Counted from the first letter of the stretch, positions 12,881-24,991 are shown. The stretch is DNA of 64,000 nucleotides from Schmidtea polychroa (GCA_044892525.1 CM097887.1:27900001-27964000); one strand, 5' to 3'. Numbers and translations: made by a program. The notes: generated by a model from the sequence alone, not told the origin.

Positions 12881-13501
12881 TTAATAGTCGCCAGTAATTA
12901 ATGCCGATGGTGAAGCGAGTTCTTCGTCATTTTCTTGGTCATCAATATTTGAAGAGATTTGAATACCTATTCCCTCTCCTTCATTGTCTATGTCTCCACT
13001 GGTCACGTAACCTAAGTCATTATAATTTGCATCTAAAATGGTTTTCACTTTTTCGTTTGTGAATAATTTCAGGAAAATTTTTATTCGAGAAAAATTTTCA
13101 ATTCTTACACTGTCATAATTTTGAGCCATAATTCGATACCTCCTTCGTTTTAAATGGAGGTCTCTTCCGTCACAGTCAACCCATTTTATTACTGCCTCGA
13201 ATAGATTTTGTTTTAATGCCTCAATTTCTTTGAGGCTGACTTTAAGTTCTACATTTTTCAAACAATTCTCATTTGTTAATTCTGGCGCTATGCGTTTAAG
13301 ATCCTCCGCCAATGATACTGCTAATTTTCTAACCTGATCACCGGTTTTACTGGGGCGCAATACCAATTTATCTTTAAATGGGAATAATTTATTCCACCAG
13401 TAAATGCTGACTTGATTCAAAAATATTAGAAATGTATTTATCTTTCTGCGGTAGGACTCAATTTCAGTGCGAATAGAGAGAATGTTGTTTGAAACAAGCA
13501 T
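12881..13501 (-). CDS. Intronless orphan protein, 206 aa, with acidic C-terminus
   Basis: ATG-to-TAA ORF of 621 nt in very AT-rich DNA with protein-like composition. No confident family. Confidence 0.6.
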   Translation of the reverse strand: MLVSNNILSIRTEIESYRRKINTFLIFLNQVSIYWWNKLFPFKDKLVLRPSKTGDQVRKLAVSLAEDLKRIAPELTNENCLKNVELKVSLKEIEALKQNLFEAVIKWVDCDGRDLHLKRRRYRIMAQNYDSVRIENFSRIKIFLKLFTNEKVKTILDANYNDLGYVTSGDIDNEGEGIGIQISSNIDDQENDEELASPSALITGDY

Positions 13502-16149
13502 TTTTTAAAATAGACGAATTTGATAAATATAATTAATAATCGATAAATAATATATTATTTACATTGCAAAATTAATAATAAATATTCGTAATAGTATCTG
13601 GGTTTTCATATTTGGTAATATATAGAGTCGTCTAAAGGTTATATAAAGGGTTTAATAAGTCTGAGTTTATAAAGCTTTATAGAACTTTACTAAAAAATGT
13701 AGGCCTTTAATTGAAATCAAATCATAGAGAATATACCACGAAATAAAAATAATTTTGTATGTGTAATTTTTTTACGTAACAACCTTAAACCATTTATGTG
13801 GTAATAAAGACCAAGCGCCGCTGGTGAATATTAAAATTACCGGATTCTTTCGAAAATAAGACCAAGATCTTATTGTTGGGGTCACCTGTGAAATATGAAG
13901 TTACCAATAACTGATCTGATTACAAAGCGTGCCTTGGTTAGCCAGAATAACGAGCTCCAGACAAAATAAACTTTTATTGATTAACACAATCGATTACAGA
14001 TTTACAACGACGCCAATAATTCGATATTACAACAAGGACTTGAGTGCTTTCAATTCGCTACAGGAGGAATATCACATTTGCAATGCAATTCAGAATTCAC
14101 AACGACTTGACTGCTGTTTCTGATTTCGATGATGTGTAGATTCAATCTAGTTGCTTTCTTAGCTTTAATTTTAATTTACTCCAAAATTTTAATATTTTTT
14201 AAATCGTTTTTCCGACAACATCTTGGGTTTCGTTTAAATTCTGTTTTCTTCTTATCTTTACAACTTCTTTTTTTGATTCTGGTTGTGTTTCTTTTAATAG
14301 CCTTCAATCTAATGACACTTGCAGATATTAACTTTTGTTTATTTTCGTTTCTCCAGTACATTTCCTTCGGTCATCTCCAGCTCCGTTATTGTCTCTGAAA
14401 GCTATCGAGATATATAAATTTTAGAAGATGCCATCTGTCCGCTTCTTTAGTGATTCTTTTCCTTTATCTCCTACATGCTATCAAGATATGCAAATTTAAT
14501 TTCGAATTTGTTTTTGTTTTTTTTTATTTTTTTAATTAAGAATGACCTTGTCGTATTTCATTGTTTAATTTTTTTACTCTGTTATTTTTGTTTTATTTTC
14601 TATTTCTTTTTCTCACTGTTTCTTAAATTTCTGGAACAACCCATCATCAATTTCATATATTTCCCCCTGATCATTTTGTTGGGCTAGAACTGATTTCTAG
14701 ACCCAAACTTCTAATTGTGACTGAAATGCGTAGGTACACACATGTAAAAAGCAAAAAGTATAGTTAAATATTGAAAAGCTACACCAAATAAACAATAATA
14801 ATTAGAAGAAAACAACAAAAAAAAATGTAAACACAGAAATTAAATAAAATTATACAAAAGCAAGAAGTTATGCAAAATCTAACTCAAAATAGCCAAATAA
14901 ATGAATGTTCTGGAACCGTTCCAAATCCATCATGGAGGAAAAATTAGCAAAAAATATTTAGGAAATAAAATTTTAAAAATAAAAATAAAAATAATGACGC
15001 AAAAATCGCCATTAAAAATATCAAAATTACAAAATAGAAAGTTCTGGAATAAAAAGAATTCGAGTTTGTTTTAATGCATCAATACATACACGTGTACAAA
15101 ATAGGTATATATATCGACGCATTTTCGTCACAATTCAGATATTTTTGTATGCCAAAAATTTTTATCGAAGCTTTGAACAACACTGAAAGTAAGGATTGTT
15201 GATTAATTTCATTTTTATTTGTGTTTCATTATTATTATGTTTATTATATTTTTTAACCTGTTGACTTTTTAATTCTACTATTACAGAACAAGAGTGACCA
15301 GCGTCGTCGTGAGCGGATTACATCCACGACGCTGATCAACCTTGTTTCCAATAACTACTTCACATGCACGATACGGGTCTACGACCCCACATGCACTAAA
15401 TTTCAATTTTTTTTAACCGGAAGGTCGCCACGAACAAATGGTTTCTAACCAGGAGTAGGGCGGTAAATCCATCCAGGTAGTTGGCATAGTCGCAGGGACT
15501 ATGCGGACGAAATAAAATGCGGGCAAGTAATCGCGGGAAACATATTACAATAAGGCCTATCGTACCGTATTCAGTTGAATCGGGAAAGTAGGAAAATTTT
15601 AATTAATTCGACCTTCCGGTAAAAGACATATCTAAAATACACACTCAAATATTCTATAGGAAATACATCATTAGGAACATCTAAACGGGAAAGATCCCAG
15701 ACTCAAATTATCACAAAAGTTATCAAGTAGTCGGCTAATTGCACAAACTATTATTCAATATGCTCAATATTAACTATTGTTATTAGATTTTATTGATATT
15801 ATTCATAATTATGTTCGATTTTAAAGATAATCTAATCACGTTCAATGATATATTGATTCAAGTCTTTATCCTTACCTTATGGGTATTGGAATTCTATTTT
15901 GACTTAATAGTAATATCACCCCCAGAATTATTATCATCATCCTCACCACCCTTTTCTCGTTATCTCCATAGAGAGTGTGTCATTATCATCAGTACGAAAT
16001 TGCATAAATCAGCAGATTAAATTTAAAAGGCAATCTTTCTTACCAATGTCGTAAAGTCGTCGAATCACCAGTTCATGGTTATAACCCAACTGGAATATGT
16101 ACAACTTACCTGGTTTCATAAATGGTTCTTTGAATTATATATTTATTGT

Positions 16150-16560
16150 CCGATTCATAAATATCCTAACTGGTTCTGGTATAGATATTTATCTTATGAA
16201 ACATTAAAATGATAGTTGGTAAATTTTTATTCATAAATACCCTATTCATCCTGATGTATATATTTATCCTATAAAATATTAAAATGATAGTAAATTTTCA
16301 TTCATAAGTATCCTAACTTATTCTGAGGTATATATTTATCTTATACAATGTTAAAATGATAGCTTGTAAAATTTCATGCATAAATATCCTACCTTATGTT
16401 GATATCTATATTTACTTATAAAATGTAAAAATGATAGTTTATGAATTCTCATAAAACGATCCTCTGAATTATATACTTACCGTCCAGTACCTAAAAATCC
16501 TAATTTATTTTGATATATAATTAACTTACAAAATGTCAAAATGATAAATCTACGTAATTA
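16150..16560. repeat. Degenerate tandem repeat, about 70-nt unit, about 5-6 copies
   Basis: Recurring ttcataaatatcct...tatatttatc.tat...aaaatgatag at roughly 70-nt spacing. Confidence 0.7.
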
Positions 16561-16869
16561 GCCTCTATGTTATATATTTACCTAATTGTCCTAGATTCAC
16601 TTATTTTTATATATATTTAGCTTATATAATATGGAACTACTAATTTATAAATATTCATAAACATCCCCCCCTGAATCCTACCTTCATTATCTATTGTACT
16701 AATATCTGAAAGTAACCTATTCAATATATACTTAGTCGGTAAAATGGTAAACTAATAATTTCATGAACACCCCCCCTGAATTATACATTTATTACCCACT
16801 GCATAAAACTTACACTTCTTATCAGGATTAACCTTATCGTTATTGCCATTATTAGCATTGCTATTGTAT

Positions 16870-17110
16870 TATCTTTAATGTTACGATTATGATTATCGTT
16901 ATTATTATTATTATTAGTATTATCATTATTATTATTGGTAGTGTATCACTATTATTACTATTTCTATTATTATAATCATTACCATTATTATTATCATTAC
17001 TAATACTATTAATTCATTATTATTATTATTTTTATTATTATTATTATTACCCTTAATATTATTATTATTATTGTTATTATTATTATTAGTAACATGATTA
17101 TCAATAGCAC
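16870..17110. repeat. Imperfect (TTA)n/(ATT)n microsatellite
   Basis: Long run of att/tta triplets. Confidence 0.8.
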
Positions 17111-18632
17111 GTTACTATTAATAGGAAAATTCGAAACCGACAGTATCGATTTTTTTTCCCCTCATAACAAAGTTAGACCAATAATACCGCTTCTATTATT
17201 AGTAACAACCCTGCAAACCAAGGGTTACCCCCTACTAACTACTCCTAACTGACCGGATAGGTGGCACCTACTCTCCCCTACACGAGCCAATCGCCATCGA
17301 CCATGTCAGTCGAAACTCTAATCTTTCGATGAAACCTATCTCACCCATGCGAATTTACCCCTTGTTACCCCAGAAGTAGATCGCGTGTAAGCCACGGAGC
17401 CTAGTCCCCGAAAGTGACGGTCTGAATCGGAATACCCACTCAATAGGACCAAAAGTAAGGAATAATAACCAGTCGCGATTCTAACTATATAGGTTCTCAT
17501 GAGAAGTTAACAAAATTACTCGATAAGTATTAATTTACGTCAAACAAAATTACTTAAATAGGAATCAACAAAAGCGAAAATGTATTTAATAAAATCAAAA
17601 ATTTTGTTTACAAAACTATTCTAATCACAAAGGAATCTTACTGGTAATATTAAGGAGTGTCTAGAAGGGGACAACTCAGAAAAACTCGAGTCCCAATTTT
17701 CACTTTAAATTCATGTAGCATAGATCAATAAAATCATGAAACAACTATGAAATTCCAAAAATCTTTCCCTAAATGGCCACGAATTGGGAGTATAGCCATG
17801 CTTTAGATTCCATTAAACAGTAATAGCTCCAATACAGTGGATGATTGAAATACAAAACACCGAGGGATTAGAGACCCATTCCTGAAATTATACAACTACG
17901 ACAGATAAAAACTTCAACTTACTATCGAACACCAGCTGAGGAAAGAGCCGCTTACAACCACTATGGTCAGGGATTCACAAAGAGCTGAATACAAATTCAT
18001 ACAATTCGCGATATCCACTTCCCATAGTGGGTTAGAGCAGCCAAATTCTAATAACTCCGTAAATAACGGATTTCCTTCTGAAAGTTAACTCATCAAATTA
18101 ACAAATAAAATATTTTTGTTTAATTAACTTAAACAACAGATAAGTTTAATATTGAATTTATAAAATATAAATTAAATTGTTTTATATTAATTATTCAATC
18201 TGTAGTAGCGACGTTTGATTTATTTTATTAATACTTAATTTTTGGATTTAATTCATAAATTACCCTTTTATGGTATTGACTATTAAATTGACGAGAGTGA
18301 CTTTACAGTTATTTCGTAAAAATTTCGTTAAGGTTAAGTCATCCATTTGGACTATCGACCCAGTGAAAACTAGGATGATAAAACTCGGATTTCTAGTACG
18401 CGAACCTAAAGCAAGGTGGTAGAGTCGACTAAAGCTAGTAGAAGGGGGTATAAAAGCGATTACGAAAAGTGGCTCATAATTTAAACCAAACCGCATGCAA
18501 AGGCTATAGTCGATTGGGCGAAATGCACATCAGATTAGAATGTAACTTTGAAGGTATATTCAGACGGATTGAAATAACCCCGTAGTGGAAGAGTCAGGAG
18601 TCGTTCTAAATGCCTCTTTTATCATTGCAGAT

Positions 18633-19097
18633 ATGTCCAACAACATGGTATGGAACGCACAGGCCGGACCCTCATCCTCCGATTCAAGCCGCGAACTAAC
18701 TCGCGAGGAGACAGACGAAGCCGTACGATTACGGGAGGACGCAGAGGTTGCTCGCCTAAGGTCCCGGTGGATATGGTACAAAATCCACGATTGGACCTAC
18801 CAGAATGTGGTTCCAGTGACCCCGAAGATCGAACCGTATATTAACTATACGTCACTGGCTCTGAGCGACGCCTTCGACAATGTGAAGGAGGCCGTGGACC
18901 GACTGGACCGGCTCGAAACATCAGTCCTGGCCGGCGAGTTGGAAGACATCGACGGCTACGCCCGAGCCCAGTGCCACCCAAAGCGGACCGCAGCTCTTCG
19001 CCGGGGACTGGAGTGCCTAAGAACTTCTCGACGGGGACCGGAACCGGCGAGAAAACGCGGGCGTCCGCGGAAAACCCGCCCAATTCAACCAAGATAA
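18633..19097 (+). CDS. Element-borne accessory protein (about 154 aa) with C-terminal AT-hook/NLS-like RKRGRPRK
   Basis: GC-rich ORF; splice acceptor tttatcattgcag ends at 18630, just before ATG 18633; helical composition. Confidence 0.55.
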   Translation: MSNNMVWNAQAGPSSSDSSRELTREETDEAVRLREDAEVARLRSRWIWYKIHDWTYQNVVPVTPKIEPYINYTSLALSDAFDNVKEAVDRLDRLETSVLAGELEDIDGYARAQCHPKRTAALRRGLECLRTSRRGPEPARKRGRPRKTRPIQPR

Positions 19098-19551
19098 TCG
19101 CCGGGCCAAATATCCGCACCTTGTGATACGACTTCGAGTGGACTCGCTTTCCGATACAATTGATAATAATGATCTTACTCACTATAATGATTAGCATGTC
19201 TCGACTTCGTTATCATCGCAGTGTAAAGTGTGGTTGTCATGCAATTCTGTATTTGATTTTCTTTTAACCTATGTGCAAAGTGTTGTTCTTTTATGTTTTG
19301 TTTATTAATATTAAGCTAATTGTTTGGATTCCTTTATTGTATACGTGTATACTGATATTCCTCTAAATGTTGACTATTATTACCAACCTCATAACCTCTT
19401 AGTGAAACTCATAGGACTGGATTTGGGGTTTTAGGTGCGCACTGATGCGGGCTGCGACGGGGAGATTATAGCTTATGCCACAATGGTGTTAGCGATATAA
19501 CGTGGATACTTGACGAAAGTGCGAAAAGATACTAATTTTTACTTATTTTCA

Positions 19552-20013
19552 GTGTTAAAACTCCTGGAAGAAATGAGAGCAGACAGAGAGATGGCGCAAC
19601 AACAGGTAGAAGAATACCGGGCCAAGTTAATGCGACTTAAGGCCCATTGCCGAAATTTCGAGAGCACCTGGTTTCCGCCCACAGAGATGAAAAAGCGAAT
19701 GAAACTCATCACTCAATTGCAACTCCAGAGCGCCCAAGATCAAGTTGAGATGCGGGCCCTCCGCCTGAGAGTGAGAGAGCTGGAGGTCCAGTCGCACCAA
19801 CAAAACCTTGATCGAGAGGTCATCTCCAGGATCCGCCCTATGAATGAGCTGCTCCACCAACGAAAGGAATGCGCAGCGTCGAAGATCTCGAAGAAGAAGA
19901 TCCGGCCGGGTAAAGCGGCGCGGGCGAGAATCCGCCAAGCCTGTCAGGCCCAAGTGACGCTCAAGGCTACTTCGTCAGAGTCTGCACCGAAAGAACCGAC
20001 TATAACCCTATGA
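19552..20013 (+). CDS. Element-borne coiled-coil accessory protein/exon with FESTWFPPTEMK motif
   Basis: Branch point ctaat, pyrimidine tract and cag acceptor at 19552; first ATG 19573; motif shared with the ORF at 60036. Confidence 0.6.
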   Translation: MLKLLEEMRADREMAQQQVEEYRAKLMRLKAHCRNFESTWFPPTEMKKRMKLITQLQLQSAQDQVEMRALRLRVRELEVQSHQQNLDREVISRIRPMNELLHQRKECAASKISKKKIRPGKAARARIRQACQAQVTLKATSSESAPKEPTITL

Positions 20014-20548
20014 GTTTTGATTTTGTGTTGTGAATAAATATTACGGGTGTATTCATATCTGGGCATTTCGAATTTGCCATAATGTTGATTTTCGGAATGG
20101 GGACTAAAGAAAAACAGACATAGGCCTTCTATCGGCAGTCCGTGAACCCTAGTGGGTACTCGACAATTATAGTATGCTAGGCATGCTCACTTTTTGCTAG
20201 TGCCCAAACCCTTGATACAGTACCAACGTTGATTGCTCAACGGGTATCAAGTGGTCAGCTATAAATTGTATTCTGGGTTACGCTGGAAACAGCATGAGGG
20301 GGTAAAGATTTTTCAGTACCTGTAACCCACCAATTTTATTCGTTTAATAATTATTCAATTTCATTATTTAGGTATTCTCAACAAAAATTGACATAACCTT
20401 ATTGTTATAGAATTAATGTAAGAATAAGGCAATTGTAAGTCTTTTGGGTGTTTGTTACCAAGGTAAATGTAGACGAACGATTGTTACTGTTATATATTAT
20501 ATACACGAATAGTAAGTTATTATGAGTTTGAAGCTGTTGACACAACAC

Positions 20549-21364
20549 TGTTTGGGTTCAACAAGGAGGTATAAAAATGGGGTTAAAAATCAAAAAAAAA
20601 ACCAAATTCACAATAATAATCTAAAGTACAAAATATTAATTAAAAATCAAAAAAATTAAAAATGAATATTTTTCGAGGGAAACTGGTATGGGTGGATGTC
20701 GAATAATGAGACGAGTTCAAATATAATATAATAAAATCAGTGTGGGGTCTCTAGAAGAAATTAATTGTAAAAAACTAAAATTAATTAAAAAATAATGAAC
20801 TAATGGAGAACCAGAGCTAATGGGAAACCCAAGCGATGTGAGAGAATCTGAATTATCAGAGACAATTAAATTAGCCGGCTCAAAATCAAATTGGGGCAAG
20901 CTCTCAAAAGAGACGGGCAAATTTCTCAAAGCGACATTAGGAACCCCGAGGGAAAATCGGATCCACACTAATTTAACAGTGAAATCAAATTTCGAGATGG
21001 GTATAAAAGCGACCGGCAAGAAAACAGAATTGCCAGTTGGTCGAAGAAAAGTAAACGAGAAATTTAGCGAGAGTAACAAAGAAAACTTTGAACTTAGTGT
21101 CAACTGAATATTTTAAAATCGAGCGTGCCAGAAAGGGACATCTCCTGCTAGAAGATTTATCCCTACATAAGATTTACCGTGATATTGAAAAATGCAGAGC
21201 AAAAAAGGGTTGTATCAAGTGCGGTTGAATCAATAAATAGTGAAACCAAAGTGTAATTGTATTAGTCTTAAGTAAAGATTTTTGTGTTGGACTGTTAACC
21301 TAATTTTAAAAGAACCCAAAGGAGTCAGGCAGTGATACCGATTTTTCCCAAAAAACCTACAACA
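20549..21364 (+). repeat. Solo-LTR-like repeat (family B); left boundary approximate
   Basis: Similar to the reverse complement of 46734-47340 (gggtataaaag...cagaattgccagttg TATA/initiator block); ends ...cctacaaca; a partial third copy lies at 22420-22530. Confidence 0.6.
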
Positions 21365-21518
21365 CCTAGACATTTTCCCTGGTGATATTGTAAACCTTTT
21401 CGAGAAATATTTATTTTCACAAAAGAAGTTGCACGACTATATTTAATTACGATTTTAGTAAACTACAAGTTTTGACAACAATCACTATAATTTAAAAATT
21501 TGGAACCTCAGTTGATAG

Positions 21519-21648
21519 TGTTGGGCTAGAACTGATTTCTAAACCTAAAGTTAGGAAGGGGATGAAATGTGTCAGTACACAACACGCACACCTAGCATTA
21601 CGTTTACTTAAATAAAATATATAAAAACACCAAATAAACAATGATAAT
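21519..21648 (+). repeat. Truncated TGTTGGGC-family terminus
   Basis: tgttgggctagaactgatttcta is identical to 14677; similarity continues for about 130 nt until a Gypsy LTR interrupts it. Confidence 0.65.
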
Positions 21649-22320
21649 TGTGATGTAATTATAATGAGATATTTGATTTCCCTAACCTTTACCCTATATT
21701 ATGTAATGCCTGCATTTTTTTTATTTATTATTTCTGATAGCCTGGGTCCTCAAATTATGTCACTGATTATTATTTCCCAAAAATCTATTGCTGATAGTGT
21801 TGGTATCGACACACCGGGTACTATAAATAGTACCACAATTTCTTAAATGAAGTTTTTGGAATTTATCAATTATTCTTATTCTTTACATGGCAACCACGCT
21901 TTCAACCCAGGAATTATTACTGATTCTCCCACAACCAAAAATCTATTCAATTGAAGATGATTTGGAAGAATTTATTGAGAATATTGAATCATACTTTTCA
22001 ATTATTCAGCTAGACAATAGTCAAAGAAAAGTAATTGTTCGAGCTTATTTGGATGAAAATTGCCGTAACAAATATGACAAAATTTCAGATGAAGAACATT
22101 ATGTGAAAAGGCTTAGATTAGCCTTCGAAGACAATTTGGATTTAGCTAAGGATTTGGAAAAGCTACTTAATTATCGAAAATAAGAAGATGATGCAGAAAC
22201 TTACATTAGTAAGATTGAGAAAGGTGTTCAGAAAATCTTGAAGCACATGCTAACCGTGTCAAATTTGACAACGTTCTTCTTAAAACATTGCCTTGATAAT
22301 GAAGAAGAAAAATGTGAAAT
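21649..22320 (+). mobile_element. Short LTR (21649-21887) plus truncated gag of the Gypsy family at 6433-10050
   Basis: LTR TGTGATGTAAT...TTACA similar to 9902 onward; gag MATTLSTQELLLILPQPKIYSIEDDLEEFIE with an in-frame TAA at 22181. An inverted PPT/pol end of the same family follows at 22340-22410. Confidence 0.7.
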
Positions 22321-23548
22321 AAAAAGATAATAAAAAAGACATCACATCCCCCTAGTTTTAAATGGCTTTAGCCATTCCACATTTCTAGTAATACATTTAT
22401 TATCAGAAGTTGGATCTAGACTAATTCGACCAAGTAAAATCAATTACAAAATGAGTATAAAAGCGACTGGCAAGAAAACAAAATTGCCAGTTGGCCGAAG
22501 AAAAAGAAAACAAGAAGTTTAGTGAGAGCGACAAAGAATTATTATTATTATTATCATCGATATTATTATGATTAAGTAGCAACTACTTAAAACATTTTAA
22601 ATCTAAATAGTAAATTTTAGAATGGGTTTCACTAGTGTAGATGGGCATACAAACGAATCAGTACAACTAATATTATGCTCATCATCATTTTAAGAAGTTC
22701 TGGTGTTATCAGGGTCACTAGTACTGAAATTATTACGATTACGAATATAGAAAGCATTATTATTATTCATATTAGCTTTGGCCGTATTATTATTATTATT
22801 GCCATCATCATGTCTCTGGTCGGCACTGCTGTTATCGTTATAATTCGACAAATTAGCATCCAAAACCAAGCTCAATCGTTTGTTTAGGTCTAAACCGAGG
22901 CAGAATCGCAATTGCAAATCCCAAATTTCCCGTTAGCGAAGCTGACAGATGTCATCCCGACCCATTATCTAAGTGGAAAAAAAACATTCTTCCACAAGAG
23001 CCAGTCATCGAACACCATTCCTTCAAGCGTCCACCCCATCTACAGCAGAACTTGTTTAGTAGGTTGTCACGGAATATTACGGAACAGTAGTAAAGTAAAT
23101 TATTCAAGACTGCTTATTATGAAATTATAAGTTACATTTAGTAGTTTCGGCTAAAAATTTAAAAATATGAATGAGTCTTGGGGTCATCCTGGCAAATTTA
23201 GAATTTGCAAGGACGAACTTTATTGGACCTTATCAAGCAGTGTTTCCCACGGTGTAGTGTTATTTTTGCATACTGCCAATACTGATTATAGAAGTTTGAC
23301 AGCTACTTCAATGAGGCCGGTAGGGCATGGCATAAAGGTAGGGAGTTATAGAGTAACTATGTTACCTAGCAACGGTTGCAAAGCAATGTAGGACATAGAC
23401 CAATACAAAACAGACACAGCAAACCACCAACAGTAGAATGTACTCTAATAATTAATATTATAAAATTTGATCTGATATCGATCATAAATGATCCTAAATT
23501 TTAATGATCAAAATAATTAATTAAAATAAAAAGCAAGAATATTAAATT

Positions 23549-24276
23549 TTATTTAGAATTTATTAAATCTGGCATTTTCTCTGCTTGTACAGCGTGGCCC
23601 TTGATGGTTAAAAGAGGAACTCCGGGAATTTTTCGCAGTCTTCCCTTCAATTCTTTGTCACAGGTCGCCACAATGAGGCATCGATTTTCTGTTACGCGTT
23701 TCACGATACAATCATCAGCGTAAATGCCTCTATGTTGGCAAATAAGTCTTTTAATTCTTGGATCTCGTGCAATTCTAAATCACGGTAAATAATAATGAAG
23801 AAGTAACGATCTTACTGAATTGCTACACGATATTTTTCACCCATTTTTTCCAACTCACCCATAATACAGTCTGTAATATACAAATGACCTAAAGAAAAAT
23901 TGATTAATATTCCAAAATTATCTTCTACTAACAGATGCCATCTAAACACTGGATAATAGATTCATGTAAATCCAAATGGTTTTTCAAAGAAAAATTAATG
24001 TAATTTGTGTCGATTAATATATGGAATGGTGGACCAATTGCTGAATTGTAACTAAGAAACATGCCACTTGTAACTTGATCTTTAATTTTAACAACAAGGT
24101 CATTAGAACTTTTGTTGTGTTTCTTTTTAGCTTTAAGACCCCCAGATTTACTAAATTCATATTATCAATATAACTTAATTTTAAAAAAGAATGATAACAT
24201 ACATACTACTGTCTGTTAATGAAAGTAGCTTTTTTTTAGCAACAGCAAATTTTCTTGTTAACTTTCGCTTTGTCAT
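23549..24276 (-). CDS. FCF1: rRNA-processing PIN-domain nuclease FCF1/UTP24, 4 exons
   Basis: Exons 24276-24203, 24150-23933, 23888-23816 and 23774-23549 (introns 52, 44, 41 nt) give MTKRKLTRKFAVAKK...GPPFHILIDTNYINFS...ITDCIMGELEKMG...HRGIYADDCIV...IVATCDKELKGRLRKIPGVP. Confidence 0.95.
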
Positions 24277-24991
24277 TATAAAAAAATTAATTTTGAATAT
24301 TTAAACAAACAATTTCTAATTTAACATGATCTGTATTTAATTTAAAATTTCATTAATCATTTGTCATTAATGATATATAAATATTAGATTGTATTTTAAT
24401 TATTTTTTTAAAGTATCAATTGTACGCAATAATTAATTTTTAAAAAATTTAAAAGGTCATTAATAGGTCATTAAGTTTAATTTAAAAAATTAAATATATA
24501 TTTTAATTTTAATAAAAACATAAATTGCAATTATTTTAACCAAAATTAAATGTAAAATTTTGTGTAGATAAAAGTAAAATATAAGATAACATTATGTATT
24601 TTAAAGAGTTATGAAGAAATTTGTTCGTAAAATTAAATCAAAATTAAAAATCATTTATTGCCTTTTTGAATTTGTAAATACAACGCAAAGAGAAATACTA
24701 TATGACTGAAACTTAGAGAAAACTAAATGGCACTAGTCTTTGTACTTATGGGGTAAAATAACACACGACTGAAGATACTTAAATAGTTCAAGAATTCAAT
24801 AAAATTTAATTTTAAATTAAAAAATCCGTTAACAAATCTTTACGGAAAATTTTTAAGAAGAAAATGCGAATTATAATAAATAATTAAAAATTCTAAAAAA
24901 ATTAAAATCGCTACGGATTAAAATTATTAAACAATGGCATTTTAATTTTTTTGCGTGGGAAATTTAAACCGGTCAGAGGGTTAGTGTAGTT

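Larger units (their letters stand above)
14677..20500 (+). mobile_element. TGTTGGGC-family element (copy 1): LTR-like end, promoter, spliced accessory ORFs; right boundary approximate
   Basis: Terminus TGTTGGGCTAGAAC is shared with 21519 and 27407(-). TATA-like at 15106, GT-AG intron 15189-15286, ORFs at 18633 and 19552, shared non-coding motif at 20125. Confidence 0.5.

Noticed and set aside
16150-16560. CRISPR-like repeat-spacer array (also considered for 53398-54830 and 57300-57900)
   Set aside because: Eukaryotic context, units degenerate along their whole length with no unique spacers, and no cas genes.
22690-23430. Possible multi-exon minus-strand gene (hydrophobic segment, NNTTPWE, Asn-rich tail) downstream of FCF1
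   Set aside because: I could not build a stop-free spliced model, and part of it (aagtttgacagctacttcaa) recurs at about 28056, suggesting repeat debris.
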